A stretch of 64,000 nt of DNA. Source: Octopus vulgaris. Its lineage: Eukaryota. Location: the NCBI GenBank assembly GCA_951406725.2, contig OX597827.1:82026001-82090000 (forward strand). The letters are read 5' to 3'. Positions 25,492-38,251 of this stretch are shown here, piece after piece (the first letter of the stretch is position 1; each line of letters starts with the position of its first letter). A program made the position numbers and the translations under genes. The notes beneath the pieces are model-generated. The model was not told the DNA's origin, did not search any database, and worked only from the letters and a program-made list of their open reading frames with translations.

Positions 25492-26859
25492 CCGTATACA
25501 CTCATGTAAAAGCGAACCTTGTAGACTATTTTTTAAGGTCAAGTTTATGGGGTCAACTGTTACATAGCAACTAGTTTTGAGGGGCTGAAAGTCAAGCTAG
25601 AATCTCAAGTACCATATCAGCAGCAGAAATCCAACTGACCTCTAAGGGAATAAAATCAAAGGCACAATGAATTCCAGTAATGTTACCAATTTTGTGCATC
25701 AAAACATGTCCTAGGAAATAACAAAACCCCAAAACAAGACCATGTAGGTCTCATGTACAGTTACCAGTAAATGTTAGTTAATTTTTTGGCTCAAAAAGCA
25801 AAAAGCAAGGCCATGTAGGGGGACATGGAGTTATGTACAGGGTGGTGTTCATGTAAAGAGTTCAGGCCACTTGTGGTCAAGGGAGACTTTGAACCGAGTG
25901 GTCGTCGGCATCTTCACCATCTCGTCCGGCAGCTTATTCCACGGATCCGCAACCCAGACGGAGAAAGCCCCTCTCCTTCGATTGAGATGAAATCGTCGCA
26001 GATAGAGCTTTTCGGAATGACCATGCAGCCGACGCTCTGGAGCAGGAGTGAAGAGCAGCTCTTTCGAGAGATTACACTTTCCGCTTATGATGTTGTGAGC
26101 AAGAATGAGATCACCATGGCATCGTCGTTTTTCTAGAGAGTAAAGGTCGAGCATCTTCAGCCTTTCTTCATAAGACAAATTCTTGAGACCAAGAACCATG
26201 CGAGTAGCCAGCTTCTGGATGTCCAGAACATGGTGTAGAGTTGTTAATCTGGAGCAGCGATTCGTAAAGTGTTGTTCTGCAAAACTCCAGAGTTCCCTGA
26301 AAGTTTTCAGGGGTCCCATTTTTTTAAATAATGTCAAAGGATTCTGTGGTAAAAAAAAAAAGTTTGGGAACCACTGATCTAGTTAATTGAATGTTTTGAG
26401 GCTTACCAAAGTCATGCCTCTGTACAAATTCAAACAATGGTGTTTGCCAGTGTTCACCAAATAGTGCTGTCTGTGAAACACGTTTCTCACCAGGTAAACA
26501 ACAGGTGTATGACGCATGTGTTTATTGTGCTTGAAGGTGTATGCAGGTTTACAGCATATCCCATGCATGCATTTTAGTAATGGTCATGTAGCACCCATCA
26601 ACAGACATATGGTGTTTTACTTTAAGCACTGAGCATTCCACCCACAGAGCAGGCTACAGTAAGGTAGCCACACAATTTTGCAACAGTGTTATTTCTACAT
26701 ACAGGATAATACAGTGCTTTGACTGACAAATGCTGTCCTGTTGTTCGTGAAATACTAGGGTCGACTTTTATATGGGGTCTATGAGAAATTCCCAATTTCT
26801 TGACCAAAAATAGGGGGTTGACTTTTACATGAGATCAGCTATTACTCGAGTGTATACAG
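25492..26859. mobile_element. Tc1/mariner-superfamily (Tc2-like) non-autonomous TIR element containing the CR1 fragment
   Basis: Left end TA|CCGTATACACTCATGTAA (25490) and right end TTACTCGAGTGTATACAG|TA (to 26861) are imperfect inverted repeats with flanking TA dinucleotides. Confidence 0.55.
25800..26230 (-). mobile_element. CR1-like LINE 3' end
   Basis: ORF 25849-26337: ATRMVLGLKNLSYEERLKMLDLYSLEKRR..GDLI..HGHSEKL..FSVWVADPWNKLP..FKVSLD. Confidence 0.85.
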
Positions 26860-26874
26860 TAAGTTTTAAATACA

Positions 26875-28000
26875 AATCAGTTCATTCAATCAGTGGTCTA
26901 GTTTCTGTTTCGCTCCAGTATCTTCTGCCTCTCTGTGGGCAGATATATTATTTCCTGCTCGGAGTATTTCCTGTCTTCACTGGTGGAAAACCCTTCCAGG
27001 TGAATTTTTACATCTTCAAAGTTCAAGTACTGTCCATTCAATAAATTTTGAAGAGGCTGAAACAGGTGGAAATCTGAAGGCACAAGTCCAGACAAAATTT
27101 CTCAGCCAAGCCCCAGTAACATCTCTCACACCTGGAAAAGAAGTGTGCAGTCTGGAATTGTCATGATGAAGGACAATGACCTTAATATTAGTAAGTGTTA
27201 CCCACCTACGGTGGATCAATTTGTCCAACTGGTCCATCCAAATTGATTATTCTGTTTGTGGTAAGGAGCTCCATAAAACACAATACCTTTCCAATCTCAA
27301 TAGATTGAAAGCAATATCTTCTTCAGGTGAAGTCCCGCATTGGGAGTGTTTCTAGTGGTTCGCCATGCTTTCCCCATGCACTTCATATTGATAGAGACAA
27401 TTCATTTTTTTATCCCTTGTCACTCTTCTCTTCAAAAAAGGATCATTTTCTTCAAATTTCTACAACAAATCACTGATGGAGATCAATTGGGTGAAATTAA
27501 TTTCATTCAATTGATATAGGACTCAAATACTGAACCTGTTGATGTAACCAAGTTGTTGCAGAAGGTTTTCACCACTTGATTTCAATATCTGAGGAATATC
27601 TGCAATCATTCTCATCATATAACAGGAGTTAGTGTTGCTGTTAATCCCAGTTGGGCAGCCATAGCAAGGTGCATCTTAAATTGAAAAATTTCCACATCAA
27701 AATCTTGGAAATGTACACACACATTCCATAAGAGCATCCTCTCCATACACAGCACATATCTTCCTGCTACCTTCTTCCCTTTTTTAAAGTTTCAAAGGGA
27801 TGTTTGTTTTGGTTCTCCATTTTCAGGGTTATTCCAAGAACACAAAATACAACCTGTCTCATCACAAATTCATGTCAAACTACATTGAAGTGTCAACTAT
27901 CTGCTAAATACACATGCATAAGGGACTGACTGAAGTTAGCGACTTATTAGAGGGCTTCAAGTTCAGTGTTGATAAAAACGAACAGACATTTTGGCCAACC
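26875..28000 (-). mobile_element. Mariner transposon, degenerate transposase
   Basis: IVLHHDNSRLHTS, LVPSDFHLFQPLQNLLNG and YLPTERQKILERN match mariner HDNARPH / SPDLAPSDY / LPERWQK motifs. DPFLKRRVT lies upstream. Confidence 0.8.
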
Positions 28001-28250
28001 TTTACACATTGTGCAAACTTTATGAAGGAAAAAGTCTCATAATTATACCTGGACTGTTTTACTGTTCAGTTGATGAGTGGAGTATTACCTGGTTTGGAAA
28101 CAGGTGAGGGTTGGCAACCTACATCTGGCAGAAGAAAATCTTCCTGAACAAATTCCACCTGACCCAGGTGAGCATGGAGAAGTGGACATTAAGATCATAA
28201 CAATAATGAGGATACAAACACACACATAAGCTCACATATATATGTATGTA

Positions 28251-28300
<50 letters not shown>

Positions 28301-28567
28301 TACATGTATGTATATATGTATATGTCATCATCATCACTTTAGCATCCACATTTTTATGCTTGCATGGGTCTCAGACAAAATTTGTTTAGGTAGATCTTCT
28401 ATGGCTGGGTGCCTTTCCTGTCAACAACCCTCACCTGTTATCAAGCAAGGTAATATTTCTCTATGGTCAGACATGTTTCCGTAGAAGACTGGAAATGAAG
28501 GACACTGAAAGTACGACTGCAGCTTTCCCTTGCAACCATTACATGAAGACAAGGCAAGGAGACAGTG

Positions 28568-28605
<38 letters not shown>

Positions 28606-28824
28606 CAGGCTTCTTTCACATTCCATCAACAAATCCACTCACAAGGCTTTGGTTGAGCTGAGGTTGTACAAGACCCAAGGTGCCATGCAGTAGGAGTGAA
28701 ATCAAGATCATTGAGTCAGCAAGCAAACTTCTTGCCATGCAGCCATGCCAGCATCTATGCATACATATTCAGAAATAAACTCTGTCCTGGAATAAATATA
28801 GAATCCTCCTTTTATTGAAAACCT

Positions 28825-29320
28825 CAACACAAGGAATATTGGTGGGACATTCCCATCAAAACATCTGTCAAGTGTAAGCATAACAAATATTGCTGTTTGG
28901 GACAAACAAAAAGATGTAAGTACCCTCATAGAGGTCAGCTGTCCTGCTGATGTGAATATTTCTTCAAAAATCAAAGAGGAAGAGGATAATTAGGGACAAC
29001 TGCTTTGAAACCTCCAGCTTCTGCATCCAGATTATAAATTCCGATTCAGACCAATAATAATTGGTGCACTGGGTTTTGTGGGTAAATGCCTAAGTGACGA
29101 TTTGGATAAGCTAGGAAAAAACAATCAACCAACTGATTTGCAGGCTACAAATACAGTCTGTAAGTGGAACAGTAAAAATATGCAAGACTTTTCTTAAGTT
29201 TTAGAAGTGACTTTCTTTTTGTTATCTACATTCCAATGATGGAGCTTTGCATCTTTGTCGGAAAGCAGCTCCTTCCTCAGAGCAAGAATTACAAAACCAA
29301 AGACAGAAGAGAACATACAT
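28825..29320 (+). mobile_element. 3' end of an RLE-type non-LTR retrotransposon (related copies at about 14990-15215 and 21975-22375)
   Basis: WDIPIKTSVKCKHNK..EVSCPADVNISSKIKEEEDN..LQLLHPDYKFRFRPIIIGALGFVGKCL..LQIQSVSGTVKICKTFL, consistent with a restriction-like endonuclease C-terminus. Confidence 0.65.
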
Positions 29321-29417
29321 ACATACTGACTGCACCATCTTCACAGATGGTTGGCATCTTCTTGGGCTTCCTCCTTGTAATTCCTGACTTACCATTCATA
29401 AATATTATACATATTCA

Positions 29418-29460
<43 letters not shown>

Positions 29461-29464
29461 AAAT

Positions 29465-29662
29465 ATTCTATAATTATATACATAATTATAATCAGGGGTC
29501 AGCTAAGTGCCTCACCAAATACTGAATTAGAAATAGATGCAAATGTCTTTTTAACTACAATAAAAATGGTCATTGAAAAGACATTAGTGTCTATTTCTAA
29601 TTCAGTATTTGGTGAGGCACTTAGCTGACCCCTGATTATTATTATGTATATAATTATAGAAT
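29465..29662. repeat. Inverted repeat, arms about 90 bp
   Basis: aatcaggggtcagctaagtgcctcaccaaatactgaattagaaataga pairs with tctatttctaattcagtatttggtgaggcacttagctgacccctgatt. Confidence 0.9.
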
Positions 29663-29726
29663 CTTTTGTATAATTCACCTAAAAAGGATATATATATATA
29701 TATATACATGTAAAGATATATATATG

Positions 29727-30346
29727 ATCAAAATAAGCAACAAGAATATCTTCGGTAATTTGGTACGATCGTTTCACGCTACATCATTTTATTAAATATT
29801 GTAAGTATTACAACAGTTTTAAAATGTTGAGCAATCATCAGCCATTTATAGAGGTTTTCCATTAATACATAATTTTCAAATTAATTGATAACATTATAGA
29901 GAAGGTAGATATATAGACAAAGATGTCGATTTGAATTTTAAGAACATTAAGGTAGTAGAGTTTAACCTCTGACTGTAGAATATTCTTTAAGTTATTTTGA
30001 ACTACTAAAAGGTTGGGAAGTATAATCAGTAGAAAGGAGACAAAAGAGATTTTCTATTTATAGAAATAGGGGTGAAATAAATGTCAGAAGTTATTCATAA
30101 AGAAATTAAAGTAGAGAGAGGCTTATAATGCCCTAGAAGCTGTTTACTACTATTTGGCAAACAGATTTTGTATTAAGAAAACTTAAAGTTTTCTTAATGG
30201 AAAACCTATTAATGGAAAACCTCTATAAATGGCTGATGATTGCTCAACATTTTAAAATTGTTATAATACTTCAATATTTAATAAAATGATGTAGCGTGAA
30301 ACGTTCGTACCAAATTACCGAAGATATTCTTGTTGCTTATTTTGAT
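29727..30346. repeat. Inverted repeat, arms about 140 bp (29727-29867 / 30207-30346)
   Basis: atcaaaataagcaacaagaatatcttcggtaatttggtacg... is reverse complementary to ...cgtaccaaattaccgaagatattcttgttgcttattttgat. Confidence 0.9.
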
Positions 30347-30436
30347 GATAATCACCCCATGGATTTATATTCATTTGAATCTAAATTTTGCTGAACTTAT
30401 ATATATATATATATATATATATTTACACATGTAAAG

Positions 30437-30491
<55 letters not shown>

Positions 30492-30631
30492 ATATATATA
30501 TGTAAAGATATATATATAGGGGGAGAATTCACAAAAAAAAACAAAAGACAAAGACACGTGGTATGTAAAGATACATATATAATAAATCTCTGAGTGAGGT
30601 ATAAACAGTAGCTGCACAACATCGTGAAGTA

Positions 30632-31131
30632 TATTTGCCACTTAAATGTGGCTAATCCTTAAGGGTCGATGCTACTGTAGCTAGTAGCCCCAGGAAGACA
30701 TCTCCTCCAGCTGCCTATTGACACACTTTCTGTGCCCCATCAGTATTTGCAAATGGAAGCCATTCTTGCCATCTCCAACCTGACTCGATACACACAGACC
30801 CGAGTCTTGCTCAGAGATTTATCATTGCTTGTTTACACTTTTTCGAGATCAGTGACTTTTCGTCACTGGAAAAAGGATAAATGTATTTGCATCGGGATAG
30901 CACTTCACATCAACATCTGGTGATTGTCACACACTGATGATGGGTCAATATCCAGAAACTCGGATCCGTGTGTATCATGTCAGGTTGGAGATGGGAAGAA
31001 TGGCTTCCCTATGCAAATACTGATAGGGCAAAGAAAGTGTGTCAATAGCCAGATGGAGGAGGTGTCCTCTTGGGGCTACAAGCTACAGTAACATCCACCC
31101 TTAAGGGTTAGTCACATTTAAGTGGCAAATA
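30632..31131. repeat. Inverted repeat, arms about 175 bp (30632-30805 / 30958-31131)
   Basis: tatttgccacttaaatgtg...cacacagacccgagt pairs with actcggatccgtgtg...cacatttaagtggcaaata. Confidence 0.9.
30928..30972 (+). ncRNA. Degenerate hammerhead-like motif at the inner edge of an inverted repeat
   Basis: cacaca-CUGAUGA-tgggt(caat)atcca-GAAAC-tcgg-AUC-cgtgtg. The opposite arm (30791-30805, reverse complement) reads ac-tcgg-GUC-tgtgtg. Confidence 0.45.
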
Positions 31132-31186
31132 AATAAATATATATATATATATATAGATAGATAGATACACACACACACACACACAT

Positions 31187-31217
<31 letters not shown>

Positions 31218-33094
31218 CATGTGTATGTGGTTTTATGTTACCTCACCTCAGACCCTGCTCCTTATTCTCTTGTTTCTCCTTTTCCAGGGTGTTCAGACAA
31301 TACAGGGTAACAACTAATTATTTTCATAATTAAAACATCCTAATTAATCATTGTTGTTGTTAGGAAACCAAATTAATTTTGTGGCAACTGTTTGCTTAGA
31401 TTCCTTACCATTCTGATTTCAATTCTTGCTATGAAGCTATGTGATATTAACATCACTTATGGGTCAATGAAATAAACACCAGTCAAAATAAACAGGAGGT
31501 GATTCAATGACCAGGATATCAGCCACAACACACACCTTACTGTATGAGGATGGGAGGAAATTAAACAAGATAAAAACATTATTTTGTGCAGAAATATGGC
31601 AAAATGCAAAATCAGTTCCTTTTTCTTAATGATGTTTAAGGAAAAAATAGATTCCACCAACAGATGGAGAAGCTTGAGAAGACCCCCCACCTCTGCCAAC
31701 TGACAAAGGAATCCTTCTGCTGAAGAACTCTCTCCTGGCTCAGAAGCACAATGGATCCAGTAAAAGACCTTTAACAGCTCAAGAATCAAAATGGAATGAT
31801 CAGAAGTTGCTAATGAATGCCAAGAAGTGACCCCTTCTATGGAGTAGAAGTACATCTAAATGTGAGTACGGAAGCCCTACTGCTCAAAAAACCTTGAAGA
31901 GTTCAATGAAAATGTAAAGACCTGGGTAAAGAAATGGGAAACTGTCGTAAAACCATTATGCTTTGAAGAACCAACAGGAGAAGAAGAATTAAGACTCAAG
32001 AAATTATTGGATTGAAAAATTATGCAGAAACCAGATTCTTTGGGAGGAAAACATGAACGGAATAATTCAGGAAATAAACAAGGATTTATACAAAGCAATA
32101 AAGTAATTTTTGTTTCACGATAGAGTAAGAGATACAGCTCTGCTAGAAATAGCAGTTAAAAGACGTCAACTTGAATACAATGGGAAGGAAAAGACAAATA
32201 TATGAAGGAGATTGAAAAATATTTTTGATTGAATCCAGGGTTAATAATATTTATATTTAGTTGATCAGGAAAAGATCAAAGTTATAGATAAATTCACAGA
32301 AAAAAATTACACTGAACTCAAGTTGTGGTGTTTTACATTTGTTAGAATGGAACATTCAGCCATGGAATTTACAGAAAGGGAAAATCTGACTAAAAAAAAT
32401 TAGGAACAGAAATGGCTTGAAAATTGACCTCTAAAGAAATCCTCTCTCAAGACATAGTTTAGCTTTTGCAGGGTAATGTTTGTTGTTTTAGTCATTAAAG
32501 GGTTTTGTGTGAGTATAGAAAAGGAGCATCATCTTTTTTGCTAGAAACAGCAGTCAAAATTTCCATTCTGTCACTAATGTGAATTCAGTCTATGCAAGGA
32601 TAAACTAGAAGAAGTGAGTAGTGGAAACATTTCCATGAGGAAACTAGTGTCATGGTTTGTCTTGAGAAGGAAGAACTGGTCCAGGTAGTTCCTCAATAAA
32701 CTTCTGTTGATCAGAAAGCTTTAAGTTCTCTTGGAGGGGGGGGGTTATAAGACCATGACTGAGTCACGTTCACGCTTGACAGTTTCTTCTCTGATACTCC
32801 TGGTTCACTTCTCAACAGCAACCAATCTTTTGGCCGAGAAATACTACTTTGATGCTTGGCATTTGGTTTAAAGGAGCAAAGTAAACGTTTTTGCCAGGAA
32901 AGAAAGGTGAATTAGTCATGTGACTAATTTAGCTGACATCTTAACGAGACATTTGTGGTCTTTGCAACATTTTTTTATGAAGAAATAAAAATGAATCCAA
33001 CATTAGAGGGGTGATGTGAATCTAACCAGACAAACATTGTTTGACTATATGAGTTTAGGGGAGAGTCTGAGCTTTGTTAAATAAGGGAGATAAT

Positions 33095-33132
33095 TATGGA
33101 CATGTTTCAGTTTATCAGACCTCATCAGGATA
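33095..33132 (-). ncRNA. Minimal hammerhead-like motif
   Basis: tatc-CUGAUGA-ggt(ctgataa)act-GAAAC-at-GUC-cata. Palindromic acatgt; C-C mismatch at the base of stem I. Confidence 0.4.
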
Positions 33133-34519
33133 GTGTACTGTAAGTGAAGCCTGATCCATCAGTTGACAAGGAATTTTAGATAAAAGGAAAGGGATTTGAA
33201 TAACTTAAAGCCTGGATAATTCAAATAATTAAAACATGTGGCTGTACAATTCCACTCCCTCCGGTCCCCTAGGCTCATCCTTCAGCATGACTACCTGTAC
33301 TCAGTAACCCCTAAACTAACCAAAACACACCATCATTAGACAAAATGGATTTCCTGTTTAAATGGGATTCTAATTGTTCTTTCTAACAATCTCTCCCTCT
33401 CTCTCCCTCTCCCTCTCCCTCTTCACTTCAGTCTTTCAACATCTCCTCCCACTCTCACTCCCTCTCTCCTTTCTGCCCCTCTCTCTTTCCCCATACTAAC
33501 AGCTAAACATCCTCTCCCTCCTTCCTCCTACTTCCTGTTTCTTTTCCTCCCTACTTCCTCTCCTCTATTCAACTCCCTCCACCTCCCACCACCTCCTTAT
33601 TACTTTATTTTTCCTTTCTTTTTTCCCCCTTATTTCATAACAAACCATTCATCCGCTAGAAATAACAACCAAATCCCCTTGAATCATACCTTAAGGGCAC
33701 ATGATATAATCCACACCATCATATCCCTAAAATGACAGGGTGGTCATAACTGGAATGCCTTCGATCATAGAACTGAGGGAGTAGGCTTTGACTCAGGGCT
33801 GAACAACAACAACAACAATGCTACACAATTACAATTGTTATGACTCACCTGTAGATTGGAGAACAACAGTTTGGTTAAGGGCTTGTCATAATGGTCAAGA
33901 CAGTGTCCCTTGTTTGGCCAATTTGGAGGTTCTCCGATATCAAGACAACTGTTTCATTTCTATATTCACATATTTTGCCTACTTTTCAACCCCATTTCTT
34001 CTCTCTTCTCCCATTCTTTCCCTCATCTTTTATGTAAGTCTAGATATATATTTATTTATTTTTATAACTGTTCTTGTAATGTTCCCCTCATCTGATGCCC
34101 TTCTGGCAAAAAACAAAATCATTATTATTATTATTATTATTATTATGTGAGAGAGCAATGTATGCTATCAAAGTGACACTGGGGTAAAATATTTGAAGCC
34201 CAGTGTACCCATCATGACTACCCGTCTGATCAGGGTACACCAGGCACATACATCACAACCTGAATGACCTTGCAGGCTGGGTCCAGTTAGAATTTTCTTC
34301 AGGTTGAGTAGGTCATCCCACTCAAAAGGTTGCTGAATAAAGGTTGTTAAAGGATGTTGACTGAAACACCCATGTTTACAGAGGTGAATTATCCAAACCC
34401 CAAAGAATTCCTTTCAACACATGGCTATGATGCTCCCCCCCCCCCCACCAATACTTCTGTTCATGATCAGAGATGCACATATCATCAGCCACTTTTATTA
34501 TTGTTATGACTATTATTAG

Positions 34520-36260
34520 TTTTTCTTCTTTTTTCCATTCTGTTCCCATTTCTTGCCGAGTGTCTTCCTGACACCTAGGGCAAAGAAACTCACTGTATAC
34601 ATTGGCAAAACCAAATAAAGTTACGTGGCAAAATAATTATTTACATGGAAGCTAATAATTCTCACAGTGACAATGCTCTTCTCAATATGTGTTACGTACC
34701 AGCTAAAACAATCTTTAACACTTCTTTAATGAGTGGTAAGCCAGGGATCATTCTCAAATAATTTTCTGTGCCTTTTTTTATCATTCCTAGCGCTCCTACA
34801 ATCACTGGTCTTGTAGCTGCCTTGAGAAGCCATATTTTTTTTTTATTTCAAGGAGAAAATCTTTATATTTTCTAAGCTTGCCAAATTCTTTTGCTGAGAT
34901 ATTCTGATCACAAGAAATACTCATCTTAATCAACAGATGAACTTTAATATTTCAGTCTTTTACAACAATATCTGGTTCAATAACTTTGATGGTTCAGTCT
35001 GTACATACTGGAAAATTCTACAAAATCGTTACATTTTCTCCCTCAGTTACAGCCTCAGAGTGGTGCTTATACCACTCGACAATTCTTATTTTATAATGCT
35101 GACATATTAACCAGTGTAAATATTGGCCAACTCTGTCACATTTTGATTTTTACTCCATCGGTGCTAAAAATTTACATCCAGAGATTAGGTGGTCCACTGT
35201 TTCAATCTCATCAGTGAAGTAAGGATGCTTTGGGTCTTCTCCATTTTTCATCATGTTGGCTTCATAGTTCTGAGTCAATAAGCTTTGATCTTGAGCAACT
35301 AAGATGAAACTATCAGGCTCTGCCTTTAGCCCTAAGCTCTATAACCACTAACAGGTGTGCTTCTGGTCAACAGCCGCTTGTTTGCAAAGGGCTGTATATT
35401 TGCAGATGTTTCTGCTCTCACCTACCAGACAATTGCTCAGGTGCTTTTTTCTTTGCCATTAATTTCACCTTCTTTGTAACAACAGTTGCCACATTTCCCT
35501 CAGCCTGGGTACCATGATTGAACCCCAAAACAAATTGTTTGCTCTCCTCCAAGAGAATGAATCTTCTCATGCCTCTTGTGATTTTCAATGAGTCTTAGCA
35601 TCCAGTCATTGGTTGTTTCAAGATATTTGGTCAGTCCAGTTGTGGTGGTTTTGTAAGAAAGTCCAAAGCCTCAACCTCCTTGGGCTCTGGCAAGGTAAAG
35701 ATGACCCATATCTGCCTTTGATTGCTTCTTTTCATTACAAGTCAGCAACCTGTGAATTCTTCATTCAATTTTTCTTTATTTCACTGATATTCCAGTTCAC
35801 TTTAAGTAACAACTGGAACTGCCAACGAATTTATGATTAACACCTTGCTATGTGAATTAAGCTCAGATTTTAGGACTGTTCAAACTCTCCCGTAACATTC
35901 CTTCCTGATTTTCTTTTTCATATTTGCAATGCTGAATGCCAGAGCTTTCATTTATTCCTTGGTGTTCGTAAGTTTGTTTCTTTTCAAGTTCGTTTATAAC
36001 CCTGTTGACATTTTACACAAATGAATTTGTGGTCTTCAATTGCCCTTTCTGAAAAGTGGTCTTGGCTCACTTATCAAGACCAAACTCCATCCTGATGTCA
36101 TCACTGAATGCCTTCACTATACGTAATAGGCACTCAATCCCATTATTGCCTTTGCCATCCATATAAAGCAGATGGCTTATTTTGTTCTATGCAAAAATTT
36201 AGAGGTGAAAGTGAGTCACCTTGGAAAATGCCACAGTTGATGTTTCTTTGAAGCAATTAC
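34520..36260 (-). mobile_element. Dong/R4-type non-LTR retrotransposon (RT, Zn knuckle, RLE endonuclease), 5'-truncated and degenerate
   Basis: Minus-strand translation pieces: CGIFQGDSLSPL, ISHLLYMDG, FSDDIRMEFGLDK, ETVDHLISGC, PDIVVKD, PVIVGALGMIKKG and terminal KIVLAGT*HILRRAL. Confidence 0.8.
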
Positions 36261-37406
36261 TCCTCATTCATTCATTATTATTATTATTATTAAAGCAAAA
36301 AGAGAAGAGTTCCATTGCTATCAAGTGAAAGATATGTCGGCATCTAGTGTGCTTTCCACAGGTTCAAAAAATAAACTTGTCAATCTGGAGGAGTTACCTC
36401 AATCCTATAAAATATTATTATTATTATTTCAAAGGCATTGAGCTGGTAGAACCATTGGCACAGTGGACACAATGCTTGGCAGCATTTCTTCCAGGTCTTT
36501 GCATTCTGAATTCAAATCCCATTGGGGTTGACTTTGCTTTCATCCTTCTGTGACAGAGAAAATAAAGTACCAGTTATGAAATGGGGTTAATGTAATCAAC
36601 ATAACCCTTTCCCCCTAAAAATTGCTGGCCTTGTGTTAAAATTGGAAAAATGTCTTTTGATGTGTTTCTCAATGTCTTGGAACCTTGAGGCTAATAAAAC
36701 AAATTATCCCCATCACCATCATAATCATGATCACCACCATCATCATCATTGTCATCATCAGTGGGGCAGAGAAGTGAATGGCAGAATCATTCAGGCGCTG
36801 TATGAAATGCCTTCTGACGTTTAGTAAAATTCCTTAACGTTTTGAGTTCAAACTCCAGCAGGGTTGGCATCCAGGGTCAATAAAATAAAGTAAATCAGTG
36901 AAGCAGTGGAGTTGATTGAATCAAATCCATGACTCCCGCCAAAATATTTTACAGATTTCCGTTGACGTTAGAAATCAATAGATTTTTTTTTACAGTTGTT
37001 GATGTTGTTGTTGTTGTTATGCATAGCTTTTAACTTTTCAATTTATAACCTCTCCCCAACTACCTTCCACCACCCCCTCCTTTCCTTACTCCAACCACCA
37101 CCACCACCACCACCACCAGCATCTACCAATGAATATTTCAGTACAACAAAAGTAACAACAATCATATTTAAGACAACAACAACCACCATAATATCAGTAT
37201 TTAAAACATCTCTACTTAAAACTGCAACCTTCCCACTCTTCATCTCTAACAACAACAACAACAACAACAACAACAGCAGCAGCAGCAACGTTTTCAAACT
37301 CATATTTTCAATATTTCTTTGATTTTTATCTTGTATTTTTCTATATTATATCTTTTATCTCTTAATTCTTAATTCATTGTTATATAGAATTATTACAATC
37401 GTTATT

Positions 37407-37466
<60 letters not shown>

Positions 37467-37838
37467 ATCATGGTTTTTCCTTTACTATTTTTTATCTCTT
37501 AAATTCTTAATTCATTGTCATTATTATCATTGTTTCCATCATCATGATCATCATCATCGTCGTCGTCATCATCATCACGATCATTATTATTGTTTTTATC
37601 ATTATCAACAACAGCGACCTTCCATAAGAAATTTAAATAAAATATTTTATCTTTCTCCTTTTTTTTTTTTAAAAAAAAAAAAGAAATTAATTTAAAAATA
37701 AAACTGGAAACAATGAAATTTTTAAAAAATCCCTCCTCCCAACATACATGCAAAACAAAAACCAAAACAAAGAAAAAAAAACTGAAACAGCATTAGCTAC
37801 ACCACCACCACCACCACCACACAAACAAAGGGGGCTTT

Positions 37839-37872
37839 TTAGAGCTGCATTATAGTTCTATATTCACCGGAA
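37839..37872 (-). other. Candidate alternative terminal exon of the minus-strand gene
   Basis: Long GT/T-rich tract ending gttttattttgtgttcag|TTCCGGTGAA. Readings FR*, xPVNIEL* or xSGEYRTIMQL*. Followed by a UTR-like low-complexity stretch to about 37000. Confidence 0.35.
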
Positions 37873-38202
37873 CTGAACACAAAATAAAACAACACAACAT
37901 AACAACAAATCTATAACAATAAACCAACCCCAGATTAAAACACTTCAATAAACAAACAACTGTACTATTATTATTATTATTATCATTATTATTGTTGTTG
38001 CTGTTGTTGTTGTTATCAAATTCATTTGTTTCCCTTTACTTCTCCAACCCCTTAAAATTTGAGTCTTGATGATGATGATGTATAAAAAAAATGGGTGGGG
38101 GTGGTGCTATAGTTATTATCAACATTATTTGTTCTTGATAATGATGGTTTGATTCTTATTCTGATTTGTTATCATCATCATCATCACCATCATCATCATT
38201 GA

Positions 38203-38251
<49 letters not shown>

